Positions 19,072 through 28,025 are shown, numbered from the stretch's first letter. The stretch is DNA of 64,000 bases from a virus (IMGVR_UViG_3300031524_000008:614-64613); one strand, 5' to 3'. Translations and numbers: made by a program. Notes: generated from the sequence alone by a model not told the origin.

Positions 19072-19457
19072 TTCTTGCTCCTGAATTCAGCATAATTCTT
19101 CAACAACCCATTAATATTGTCTGCTCCGCATGGGTTCTTCGTGTGGCATTGCCACTTAGGAGGGTCTAAATCATGGTCTATACAATACTCTATAAGCCAC
19201 TTCGCGCAACACATTCCTGTTTTTTCAGTAATGTTGTCATAATTGAATTGTGTATAGTTTGACTTTGCGCCTTCTTGATAATGCTCGTCAGCAAGGTCAT
19301 GGTCAAACGAAATAAACTCAGGAAGGCCCATCGCTTCAATGGTACTTACGAAATCTTCGAAATTGCGTGCGACCACCCACATACCCTCGGGGAATGTTAC
19401 CCAAGTAGTTTTGTCCATGGGACGTTCATCATCTAAGAAAATATTGTATGATAACAT
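19068..19457 (-). CDS. cyclic-phosphate-processing receiver-like domain protein
   Basis: FLDDER, ISFDHDL, TG..CAKWL, HTKNPCG. Confidence 0.8.
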   Translation of the reverse strand: MLSYNIFLDDERPMDKTTWVTFPEGMWVVARNFEDFVSTIEAMGLPEFISFDHDLADEHYQEGAKSNYTQFNYDNITEKTGMCCAKWLIEYCIDHDLDPPKWQCHTKNPCGADNINGLLKNYAEFRSKK

Positions 19458-19458
19458 A

Positions 19459-20130
19459 TTATTGAATTTTACTCCTAAGTAAAGCAACCTTCGAAGGGTC
19501 CAGATTAAAACAATCGGAACTTATACCTGTCGCAACTAAGAAATCATCAACCCATGGTAGGTACTGCTCAATATTGTCAGGCGTAATACCACTTGCGATT
19601 CCAATATGAGCGCGTAAGAATGCACCTTCGTAAATTTTTTTAATCTTATCTAACTCCGCAGCAATGCCTGTTCCATCGCCACTAGTCGTAACGACATCCA
19701 TGAAATGCGCAGCTATATTTGCGCCCTGTAATAGATTTTTAACAGGCTTTTGGTACTTGAATGCGAAGCCTCCAAAATATTCTCCGCGCCATCCTGAGTT
19801 GATACGAACACGGTCATATAATTCCGCTCGTAGAGAATCGAATGTTCCGTCTTCGTTCTCTTCAATTCCGCCATCGTCGCACCATAAACCCTGTACCCAT
19901 GCAGGAACTTTAGTGAAAGCTTTTCCTGTCGGCAGGTCGAGCATATTGATACCTATCCAAAGGTCGGGATATTTCTGGTGTACCGCTTCCGCAATTTCTA
20001 AAAGCGTCGTAAACTTACGAGTATGATGAATAAGAAAAACACCATCAGCTTTCGCATCAACGGAAATTTGTATATTCTTCATAACTTGAAGAACGTCTTG
20101 AATATGAATTACTACGAAGAATCTTTTCAT
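19459..20130 (-). CDS. BtpA/SgcQ-like TIM-barrel protein
   Basis: VVIH, ADGVFLI, IGIN, FKYQ, TSGDGTG, ASGITPDN, FLVATG. Confidence 0.75.
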   Translation of the reverse strand: MKRFFVVIHIQDVLQVMKNIQISVDAKADGVFLIHHTRKFTTLLEIAEAVHQKYPDLWIGINMLDLPTGKAFTKVPAWVQGLWCDDGGIEENEDGTFDSLRAELYDRVRINSGWRGEYFGGFAFKYQKPVKNLLQGANIAAHFMDVVTTSGDGTGIAAELDKIKKIYEGAFLRAHIGIASGITPDNIEQYLPWVDDFLVATGISSDCFNLDPSKVALLRSKIQ

Positions 20131-20819
20131 GGGTTATATATGTATCCCCTATCTTCTCCATCCTCAATCAGACGGATGCTGCAATTCTTGGGATTTGGTT
20201 CTTTTTCAAACCATTCAGGAGATAGGTGCAACCATTGCATTACAAATGCCCTAATACTCAAACCATGGGCGACCACCACGATTGTATTAATATCATGCTT
20301 CTTAGCGTCACGGTGAAACGTGCCGAAACACTGATGGACTCGTAATGCTACATCGAAGCGACTCTCACCCAATGGCATACGCGCCCAAAACCTACCCTCG
20401 AAGTCTTCCTGCTTTTTGTAATGAGCGTACTCATTTGGGTATTTATGTTGGATTTCACTAAGCTGACCTTCGTGAGACATACCATCGAACAATCCAAACT
20501 GTTGCTCAACCAGATGAATGTTCTCGCGGACATCATTAATACGGCTACATTTTGAACGTATTAGCTCGGCGGTTTGACGGGCTCGCTTATATGGGCTAAC
20601 CCACATACGAATATGGTCATAGCTATTTATAAAATCTCTTGGATGGTACGGGTCATAGTTACCCCTAATCATAAAGAAGTCACGAAGAAACCGACCCGCT
20701 TCAAACGCTTGGTCTTCTCCCTTACAAGATAGACCGATAGCATGGTCCGCAGTTGTAGTGTGAACCAGTTTGTTCTGGTTAGCTTCGGACTCGCCGTGAC
20801 GTACTAATAGGATTTTCAT
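20127..20819 (-). CDS. histidine phosphatase (phosphoglycerate mutase family)
   Basis: LVRHGES, SPYKRARQT, GES, VAHG. Confidence 0.92.
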   Translation of the reverse strand: MKILLVRHGESEANQNKLVHTTTADHAIGLSCKGEDQAFEAGRFLRDFFMIRGNYDPYHPRDFINSYDHIRMWVSPYKRARQTAELIRSKCSRINDVRENIHLVEQQFGLFDGMSHEGQLSEIQHKYPNEYAHYKKQEDFEGRFWARMPLGESRFDVALRVHQCFGTFHRDAKKHDINTIVVVAHGLSIRAFVMQWLHLSPEWFEKEPNPKNCSIRLIEDGEDRGYIYNP

Positions 20820-22060
20820 ATGAGGTTGTATCCTCCGGTCTTCTTTTCCAACTCGAAGTTACGGTCGATGAAATTGATAACCTCCTGCGGGTCTATATCG
20901 CGATTGAACACGATGTTAGGACCGTGCCTATCAAGATAGACAGCTTTCAAGTTACCAAACTGCGCCAAGCCGCTTGAGGTATTCTTACCGCACTCGTGGC
21001 TACCGCACTCCACTTCGCGCTGTGAGCGAATAGGAATTGCATCAGGAGCGTCAGACTTGAGCGGAGAATGGAAGTGTACGATACAATCCATACCTTCATG
21101 CTCTCTAAATACTCTGCGTTGCGACTGCCCACCAACAGAAGGCTTCGCGCCATAAGCAATAACAGTATCGGGACCATCGGTTACGACCTTTACAAGGCCA
21201 ACCTTATCCAAATCATTAAAGTTACTCTTACGGATACTGGTAAGGAATGTATTATCGTTTACCTTGACAGCGAAGTGTCCGACCGTAGAGTTATTGAATG
21301 GCTTGTAAGCCCTTCGTGAGATACAATAATCGACTACGTTACGAAGTGACGAAGGTACTTCTGGAGAATTCCAAGGCACTGCTTCGCCAGCGACAACGGT
21401 TGACTGTGTAAACGTCAAGTGGCTACGGAGCCACGCCATTTCAACAAGGCCAGCCAAAACTTCATCTCTGTCTTGAGTTTCATGGTATGCTGCTTCCTCG
21501 GGGGTAATGACCATGTTCCAGCATGTTTTTACGTCGTTGACCAACACAAGGTTAGAGCTAGAAGTTTTAAGAAGCTTCAACCCTTTTAGGTACATTTCTT
21601 CCCTACTAGCACCACTGGTGGTCTTGAAAGATACGAGGAAAATATCTTTGCGGGTCTTACGGATACTATTTACGACCTTCGCGGTGGGGCGCAAATCCAT
21701 AAGATAATTGCTATCAGAACCCAATCGAGGTTCATATTTACCGCTGTTACTTATCCCAAGAGTTCCTTCGAAATCCACCATAGCTACGTTAAAGAAAACA
21801 ATCTTCGTGAGAGGATTGGCGATAACTTCTTTCACACGTTCCGCAACGTTATCATTTGTCACGAGCTTGGAACTGGCATCTGCCATTTTGGTTAAATGCA
21901 AAACAGCGGTCAAATTTCTGTATTTGACCTCTGACTCAAAAAGGTTGACAATACTCCTTGCCGTGCTTCCGAACGCTGGTGCGGCCAGAGCAAGGTGCGT
22001 ACGAACATATGAGAATGTACCGCCTCCGAAAATGTGGACCTGTTTGTTGAGCTTATTCAT
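20816..22060 (-). CDS. CoaB-like (PPC synthetase) domain fused to a class II aldolase/adducin domain
   Basis: GGGT, AMVDF, PTAKV, LVSFK, LVND; C-terminal FLTS, KPS, IVHFH, HG. Confidence 0.65.
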   Translation of the reverse strand: MNKLNKQVHIFGGGTFSYVRTHLALAAPAFGSTARSIVNLFESEVKYRNLTAVLHLTKMADASSKLVTNDNVAERVKEVIANPLTKIVFFNVAMVDFEGTLGISNSGKYEPRLGSDSNYLMDLRPTAKVVNSIRKTRKDIFLVSFKTTSGASREEMYLKGLKLLKTSSSNLVLVNDVKTCWNMVITPEEAAYHETQDRDEVLAGLVEMAWLRSHLTFTQSTVVAGEAVPWNSPEVPSSLRNVVDYCISRRAYKPFNNSTVGHFAVKVNDNTFLTSIRKSNFNDLDKVGLVKVVTDGPDTVIAYGAKPSVGGQSQRRVFREHEGMDCIVHFHSPLKSDAPDAIPIRSQREVECGSHECGKNTSSGLAQFGNLKAVYLDRHGPNIVFNRDIDPQEVINFIDRNFELEKKTGGYNLI

Positions 22061-22554
22061 CTGTGATATATTGTGAATTCCACTTTAGGACACTTTTTTA
22101 ATTCTGCAAGCAAAAACGGTTGCAAAAGTTCTTTGTATCCAGCTTCCGAATCAGCGGGCCAGTAATCACCCCACTGCGTAAACTCCGCTCCTCTCCCTCC
22201 ATTCTTAGAGCCGATACGTGGAAGTGCCACGCTATGAACAGGTAGCCGACCATCCGTTATAGAATTTATCAGATTCCGTATGGAAATCTTAGCCCACGGC
22301 AAACGAATCCGATGGCGAAAATTGTTTTTTACAGCTAAATTTGCTAGGTAATATTCGCCCTCTTTGTAAATCCAACAGTCACCAACCGCTATTTCTCCTT
22401 CGTTACAAAGCCTTTTGTACTCTTTGTACATTTGTGGATGCCTGTTCTTAAATTCTAAAGCAATACCCGCGCCCATCGCGCCAACACAATTAATTGTATT
22501 AACATAGCAATCATGTTGGTGTTCGAACATATCTCCGTTAACAAATCTGACCAT
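22057..22554 (-). CDS. macro domain ADP-ribosylhydrolase (Poa1p/DarG-like)
   Basis: GDMF, NTINCVGAMGAGIA, ALPRIG. Confidence 0.88.
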   Translation of the reverse strand: MVRFVNGDMFEHQHDCYVNTINCVGAMGAGIALEFKNRHPQMYKEYKRLCNEGEIAVGDCWIYKEGEYYLANLAVKNNFRHRIRLPWAKISIRNLINSITDGRLPVHSVALPRIGSKNGGRGAEFTQWGDYWPADSEAGYKELLQPFLLAELKKCPKVEFTIYHR

Positions 22555-23032
22555 GTTTCCTCCCGTATGATGCTTTCAGAGCGGCGACGATATGAGGCTT
22601 CGGCAGACCTGTTTCGTAAAAGTCTTTAGGCAGCTTCGCTCCGTATATTTCGTGCAAAGCTAAAGCGATAGAGGGGCTGCGAGAAACGCCTGCGCTACAG
22701 TGAACGACAAACCTATCAACGCCAATCGCTATACAATTATCAACGAAACTGATAATTTCATCAGCGTCCGCATCACTAATTGCTTTCACAGTCTTTCCGC
22801 GTACCGCTCCATAGAGTTCCTCATCTGGATATGTAAAACTCTTCTCTTCCTCCATAAACATACAACGTAGAAAAGGAATTTTACGATATTCAATATTGAG
22901 ATGTTCGAGCTTCAAAGGAAGCCCATCGAACCAAGCATAACAAGAAATAATTGCAGACGTATCTGAAATAACGCTGCTGAACGCAGGGTCTTCAAGTACG
23001 TATCTAGGTAATGCGATGGTTTTTAAACTCAT
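22538..23032 (-). CDS. protein tyrosine / dual-specificity phosphatase
   Basis: VHCSAGVSRS (CX5R). Confidence 0.88.
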   Translation of the reverse strand: MSLKTIALPRYVLEDPAFSSVISDTSAIISCYAWFDGLPLKLEHLNIEYRKIPFLRCMFMEEEKSFTYPDEELYGAVRGKTVKAISDADADEIISFVDNCIAIGVDRFVVHCSAGVSRSPSIALALHEIYGAKLPKDFYETGLPKPHIVAALKASYGRKHGQIC

Positions 23033-23035
23033 AAG

Positions 23036-23415
23036 GTGTTAGTTCTTTTAAATCAGCAGCCGTAGCCGCGTTCCTGCTTTATCCCTACATTTGACTGAAC
23101 TTCTTTCGAAGCCCGCAGTTTGCCAACACTGCCGCCTCAACCCGATTCGCATTTAGGACGATTACTATTGAATCTGTTTGAGTTGAACCTAACTTGTAGT
23201 ATTAGCGAGCATCCCGGTTTATCCACTGTAACGTATTACAGCAACCTCTACGTCAGCTTTGTTAATGACTGATTTCGGCCCGTTTGCATTTATGCTCTCC
23301 TATCGTCTCGTCTGGTTACGCGAACTTTCTCACCTTACAGGGCTCTCAGTTTCGTACGGACAACTGGTAACTGCAATGCGCGTAGAGTCGCTTACTGATT
23401 TAAAAGAACTATCAC
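23036..23415 (-). ncRNA. rnpB: RNase P RNA (bacterial type, divergent)
   Basis: long P1 terminal stem; P2 CUCUACG/UGUAGGG; P3; GAGAAAGUUCGCGU pairs with GAACGCGGCUA (P4 with bulged U); P18 GGGCUUC-GAAA-GAAGUUC followed by AGUCAAAUG. Confidence 0.82.
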
Positions 23416-23708
23416 TACTTTACAATGGTTTCTAAATTTGTCAACAGATTTTTTAATTCATCCATCGTCATAGGCTTTTCGAACGCTGGCTCACCATCTT
23501 CAATCCTCTGCACCGTTCTGTCCAATTCGCTATTGAGAAATTTCAGCATCCACTTGCGGTCAAACGTTTTATCGACCATTCCTTTTACCAGAAAACCTAG
23601 CAATTCAGGCTCGACGCCACAATTTTCTATGGTCAGTTTGCGTTTCTTCATCGCTCCCTTAAAATCGTTCAAGAGGATGTTGGAGATTGGTTTAGCGTAG
23701 CTATTCAT
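23415..23708 (-). CDS. small protein resembling the GatB/YqeY helical domain
   Basis: ISNILLNDF...LTIENCGVEPELLGFLV matches my recollection of GatB ANW..GEL...IEE..ITPE.LAELI. Confidence 0.5.
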   Translation of the reverse strand: MNSYAKPISNILLNDFKGAMKKRKLTIENCGVEPELLGFLVKGMVDKTFDRKWMLKFLNSELDRTVQRIEDGEPAFEKPMTMDELKNLLTNLETIVK

Positions 23709-24033
23709 CAAGTTCTTTTCTAGCCGCTTCCTCAGCTTTGGCACGAGTAGAACCTATTAAAGCATACAGGTCATTAGGGTAAAATCCTTCATCTACCGGC
23801 TTGTTACGATGAAAATCCTCAGCTTTATCATGGTGTTTTGGACAAAGTGTTATCCCGTTTTCCTTAACGTAACCTCCTCCAAATATTTCATTTCGGTCTG
23901 TAATATGGTGAACTTCCAAATTTTGGCATTCAGTAATAGGCACCATACAAATTTTACATTTGTGTCCATCACGTTCGTAAACGTGTTTACGAAATCTTTC
24001 TCTGATTTGTCGCTTTGATAATTTCCACGCCAT
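23701..24033 (-). CDS. HNH endonuclease
   Basis: ERDGHKCKIC, LEVHHI, NGITLCPKHH. Confidence 0.88.
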   Translation of the reverse strand: MAWKLSKRQIRERFRKHVYERDGHKCKICMVPITECQNLEVHHITDRNEIFGGGYVKENGITLCPKHHDKAEDFHRNKPVDEGFYPNDLYALIGSTRAKAEEAARKELDE

Positions 24034-24035
24034 AT

Positions 24036-24110
24036 TGGTGCTTCGTTAGGAATTCGAATCCTAATTCTGAGTTTTAGAGACTCGTGTATTACCGATTATA
24101 CGAACGAAGC
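24036..24110 (-). tRNA. amber suppressor tRNA (CUA)
   Basis: cloverleaf, loop CU-CUA-AA, GG D-loop, UUCGA T-loop, encoded CCA. Confidence 0.85.
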
Positions 24111-24111
24111 A

Positions 24112-24552
24112 TTAACTTCTGCAAGTTTTACAGGTATTTTTATTTTTGTCAAGGTAAACTTTTTCGACAAAAGCGTACGTACCTTCAATCAACTGTAACC
24201 CCTTAATCATCCCAAACGGAAACCAGCGCCACGAATTATGTTTGTGCTTTTCAATCCACTGAGGCTCCTCGCCGGGATGTAATTCTAAATGAAACAAAAC
24301 ACAACTCTCGCAATCCGTATCGTAGATGTTATTGCCAAGTTCATTAAGGCGAGCGGGATGCGGCGTAAGACCAGTCTCTTCTTTCAATTCTCGCAAAGCA
24401 ATTTGCAGATGCGTTTCCTCTGGAGAATCCTCGCGACCACCGGGATACTGCCAATAACCACTAAACATTTCAGTATTCGTGCGCTGAGACAAACAAAATA
24501 GACCTCCTCGGGTGAGGATTACAGCGGCAGTTTTTCCTAGGCGGCGTTTCAT
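24112..24552 (-). CDS. Nudix hydrolase
   Basis: PGG...ALRELKEETGL. Confidence 0.9.
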   Translation of the reverse strand: MKRRLGKTAAVILTRGGLFCLSQRTNTEMFSGYWQYPGGREDSPEETHLQIALRELKEETGLTPHPARLNELGNNIYDTDCESCVLFHLELHPGEEPQWIEKHKHNSWRWFPFGMIKGLQLIEGTYAFVEKVYLDKNKNTCKTCRS

Positions 24553-24590
24553 TTTCTCGACTGTACTATTTTTTATCCGAACGTCAAGCG

Positions 24591-25025
24591 TTAATATTTT
24601 AGATTTAAATTAATATTGTCAAAACGTAATTTGAAATACAGCCACGCATTCGCAAGCATATCCATAAAATACGATATAGCGGCGATTGTCCATACTCCGT
24701 GCGATAAAGCGTCAACAGACAGCATACTAAATATCATTAGGTTGCCAAGAGCGAAAGCTAAACCTGCCATATACTTCTTGAATAAGATATTCAACACACC
24801 TAATACTGTCATACTTAGTGCTATTAGGCCAAAAGATATTCTATAGTTGCCATTAAGCATCAAAGCTATTGGGTTGTCCCCATAGAATCTAAGATGAAAA
24901 AATAAAATACCAATGCTCAAAAGCAACATTTTAATCGTATAAAAAGCTCTTAGAGAGTAATACGGACTTTTTACAAAGATATTATACAGTTTTGTGCTCA
25001 TTAGCTTTTTGGGAATAGACTTCAT
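24591..25025 (-). CDS. 4-TM membrane protein
   Basis: four hydrophobic helices. Confidence 0.7.
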   Translation of the reverse strand: MKSIPKKLMSTKLYNIFVKSPYYSLRAFYTIKMLLLSIGILFFHLRFYGDNPIALMLNGNYRISFGLIALSMTVLGVLNILFKKYMAGLAFALGNLMIFSMLSVDALSHGVWTIAAISYFMDMLANAWLYFKLRFDNINLNLKY

Positions 25026-25695
25026 TAATGTCTGTTGAAGTACCTATCCATTGTACTATTCTACCTTGACTATCGAATCTTGGCAATACTCTTATTAAAA
25101 ACCAACGATATTCTCCATCTGAAACTTTTTTAAACCTCGTAACAGTATCAAAAGGAAGACCTTTACTGATTGAGTTTCTCCATTCCGAAGTAATCTTAGG
25201 AACATCATCAGGATAAACAGCTTTAACCCATCCGTCGCCGCGAGCTTGGTCAACATTAATACCAGTATAGTCAAACCATCTTTGATTACAGTAATCAATA
25301 TCTCCAGAGGGGCTAGCTGTCCAAACAATTTGGGGCATATAATCAGCTAAAAACTTGTAATGAACGAGATACTCCTCGTTCTCTTTACGAAGACGCTCTA
25401 GCATCTTTTCTTTTTCAGCAATGAGTGTACGATGTTTTTCAATCTCATTTTTATATTCATCTTCTTTACGCTCAAGTTCATGCCTTATTTCCTCACGATA
25501 GTCAGAACTTTCTTTCATAAACGCAGAGAAATCATCGACGCGTTGTTTCTTACGGCTAACTAATAAACTACCAATTACAGTAACAATAGCTGTTACGGCT
25601 GAATATGCAAATGTATGCCAATCCTCGGGATTTGATTGCCGCGCCGATTCCGAAAGGCTAGAAGCTGCTTCTGCTAAAATATTAATATGCAACAT
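24982..25695 (-). CDS. TM + coiled coil + PAS/PAC domain protein
   Basis: LADYMPQIVW...YCNQRWFDYTG...GW..AVYPDD...DGEYRWF...WIGTSTDI. Confidence 0.85.
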   Translation of the reverse strand: MLHINILAEAASSLSESARQSNPEDWHTFAYSAVTAIVTVIGSLLVSRKKQRVDDFSAFMKESSDYREEIRHELERKEDEYKNEIEKHRTLIAEKEKMLERLRKENEEYLVHYKFLADYMPQIVWTASPSGDIDYCNQRWFDYTGINVDQARGDGWVKAVYPDDVPKITSEWRNSISKGLPFDTVTRFKKVSDGEYRWFLIRVLPRFDSQGRIVQWIGTSTDINEVYSQKANEHKTV

Positions 25696-25696
25696 A

Positions 25697-26089
25697 TTAT
25701 CTTAAAAGCATCTTATCGTATGGTATTCGAAATGTTAACCAACAAACTACGAACATTTCAAATAAGAAGTTTGTAGCGTCCATGTATTGACCTGACGCGA
25801 CATGAGTAAAACCTAGATACCCATAAAGAAAAACATTTAAAGCAGCAAAATAAAAGCTTGCCCAAAAGCTCTCAATAAGAACAGAGATTAGACCAAGAAA
25901 CCCTAAAATTAAAAAGCAAAAAGGCCAAACTCCTTGAGATAAGAAATTTAATGTAGGGTTGGGTACGAGGACTCCGAATAGGAGTTGTATCCCCCACATA
26001 ATCGTACGTAGCGCGTAAATTAATTGTACGCACGCTGGGCCACTTTCAAGAAGAGTGTGGCGTAGGGATTTCAAAATGGTCAAGCGCAT
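25697..26089 (-). CDS. 4-TM membrane protein
   Basis: four hydrophobic helices; GTGTAA-N8-ATG. Confidence 0.7.
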   Translation of the reverse strand: MRLTILKSLRHTLLESGPACVQLIYALRTIMWGIQLLFGVLVPNPTLNFLSQGVWPFCFLILGFLGLISVLIESFWASFYFAALNVFLYGYLGFTHVASGQYMDATNFLFEMFVVCWLTFRIPYDKMLLR

Positions 26090-26130
26090 ACCAACTTTTA
26101 CACTTATACCACTAAGAAATTTGAATTTTA

Positions 26131-26514
26131 TTACTTTTCTATAAATGAGCTATCGTCAAACACCGAAGATTTTTCGTCTTCGTTTTTTGTAGCTACGTCT
26201 TCTGATTCAGGTTTATAAATGTCGAAACCCATAAGTTGACGCTGACCTTCTTCATTAGGTTCAGAAGTCATAATACAAATACGATGGCCTAAAGCCGCCT
26301 CTATGACACCATTAATTAATCCAATTAAACCCAATGTATATTCTTCCTTACCATCGACATCTTGGGTTATTACTTGAATAGTGGGGTGATTAGCAAGGTC
26401 TTCATTGCAGGTGGTATAGACATTAAATAATGTCCAAATTGCTTTGGGGTCCGCTTTGAATGCAGCGTTAAGGGATTCTATGGCGTTACGTACTTGTTCT
26501 TCGGGATTATTCAT
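26131..26514 (-). CDS. hypothetical phage protein
   Basis: CNEDLANHPTIQV, GLIGLING. Confidence 0.7.
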   Translation of the reverse strand: MNNPEEQVRNAIESLNAAFKADPKAIWTLFNVYTTCNEDLANHPTIQVITQDVDGKEEYTLGLIGLINGVIEAALGHRICIMTSEPNEEGQRQLMGFDIYKPESEDVATKNEDEKSSVFDDSSFIEK

Positions 26515-26526
26515 AAATTAAAAATA

Positions 26527-26659
26527 GAACTTAGAGTGAAAGGACAGCTTTACGTTGCCATCGCACTGTTTCGGCTCGTTCAGTTAAATCAATAACCTAC
26601 TTATCTCACCGAATAAGCGTCATATCTATAGGACGCTGTATCTGTTGCACTCTAAGTTC
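26527..26659 (-). ncRNA. putative structured ncRNA, unknown class
   Basis: 12-bp terminal inverted repeat GAACTTAGAGTG plus internal hairpins. Confidence 0.55.
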
Positions 26660-26684
26660 ATGGGCGGCTATAGCCGCAAATTGT

Positions 26685-27098
26685 TTACCCGTTGTTTACA
26701 CCGCTAGGTATAGAAACGGGAGCTACTCCTGATGGCTGATTAATTGTTTCCGCTGTCTGCTTATTACGCGCTTCTACTAAAGCAATTACTTCGGGTGGCG
26801 AAGTAGCTTCTGCACCATTAAGGGACAATAAAGCTTGTTCTTGAAGGATGTTTGGTGCTGCTCCAATTTTAGTTGCTGCGGGCAACGAGGCTTGTTTCTT
26901 TAGTTTCTCGAACTCAGCTTCCAATTCTTGAATAAACGTTTCTTTGGGAGCGGTAGGCTCATTCTTAACAGCTTCATACCGAGTACGCTGGTGAATGACT
27001 TCTTGTTCGAGCTTTTCGAGTTCTAGCGCTAACGAGTGTGCTGCGCTCTTGACTTCACTTAGGAAGCCTTGTACTTTTTGTGTTAGAGGTAGTGACAT
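26685..27098 (-). CDS. hypothetical coiled-coil protein
   Basis: 137-aa ORF. Confidence 0.65.
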   Translation of the reverse strand: MSLPLTQKVQGFLSEVKSAAHSLALELEKLEQEVIHQRTRYEAVKNEPTAPKETFIQELEAEFEKLKKQASLPAATKIGAAPNILQEQALLSLNGAEATSPPEVIALVEARNKQTAETINQPSGVAPVSIPSGVNNG

Positions 27099-27139
27099 AT
27101 GATTGGGTATTCAATGCATTCTACGCTCTATTTTCAGTA

Positions 27140-27322
27140 TTATCCATTTTTTATGCCAACACTGCTATATGAATTTAAAAAAGAATCTTCCTGAATAGGA
27201 AAGATATTTTGAACGCGACGTAACAGAGAGTGCCACTCTTTGCGTTCTTTCTCAATATAAGTAGTATAAGATTGGGGCTCTATTTCCCGTTTTCTTATAA
27301 AAGCCTTCATTATGGTACTCAT
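27140..27322 (-). CDS. hypothetical protein
   Basis: short ORF. Confidence 0.45.
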   Translation of the reverse strand: MSTIMKAFIRKREIEPQSYTTYIEKERKEWHSLLRRVQNIFPIQEDSFLNSYSSVGIKNG

Positions 27323-27398
27323 ATGTGTAGATAGGCATTATTACACTACGCTAAAAAACATGAGAACATGATTCTACTTCAAGGTGTTAGTTTTAAAA

Positions 27399-27475
27399 TG
27401 GAGCCGATATGGGAACTTGCATCCAACATTATCTCGTTTACGAAACGAGCGCATCACTATTTATGCTTTATCGGC
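27399..27475 (-). tRNA. tRNA-Thr(CGU)
   Basis: cloverleaf, loop UUCGUAA. Confidence 0.85.
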
Positions 27476-27508
27476 AAGTGCGCCCCATTGCCATACGCAC
27501 GGTTAAAA

Positions 27509-27673
27509 TTAAATTCTTGGTCCTCTACCTACTACCAATGATACTAGGAACAATACCAAAAACACTACGAACAACAGTTTTGCAATTGATGCTGCGGCTC
27601 CAGCGATTCCTACGAGTCCTAGAAGTCCAGCTAACAAAGCTATAATCAAGAATGTGAGTGCCCAACTTAACAT
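27509..27673 (-). CDS. DUF1328/YtjA-like small membrane protein (54 aa, not in ORF track)
   Basis: [46 protein letters not shown]; SD AAAGGTGG. Confidence 0.85.
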   Translation of the reverse strand: MLSWALTFLIIALLAGLLGLVGIAGAAASIAKLLFVVFLVLFLVSLVVGRGPRI

Positions 27674-27700
27674 AATAATCACCACCTTTCTTACTAACTT

Positions 27701-27886
27701 TTACACTAGTTTGGGAAGGCTATCAAGTTCTTTTCTCCACTCATCTATCTTGCGATAACACGCAGATACATCTAGTTCTGCATCACCGTTCGATTTAGAA
27801 GACAATTTATCCTGAATAGCTTTCTCAAACCTTGCGATATTGTCCTCAAGGTATTTGCGCTGTTTTTCAAGTTTCTTTAATTTCAT
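27701..27886 (-). CDS. hypothetical coiled-coil protein
   Basis: ATG directly follows tRNA CCA. Confidence 0.55.
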   Translation of the reverse strand: MKLKKLEKQRKYLEDNIARFEKAIQDKLSSKSNGDAELDVSACYRKIDEWRKELDSLPKLV

Positions 27887-27887
27887 A

Positions 27888-27962
27888 TGGTAGGCACGGA
27901 GGGATTCGCGCCCTCGACTCACGAGTTAGAAGCTCGGTATGATTTCTGCTTCACCACGCGCC
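27888..27962 (-). tRNA. tRNA-Arg(UCU)
   Basis: loop CUUCUAA. Confidence 0.88.
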
Positions 27963-28025
27963 TAAATTCGATATTTTACCACGCCTCGATTTACACTGCG
28001 TTTCAGCATTGTGAGGGCGCGTTTT

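Noticed and set aside
26527-26659. Hammerhead ribozyme (CUGAACGA...GAAA)
   Set aside because: Core deviates from CUGANGA and stem II cannot form; kept only as an unknown ncRNA
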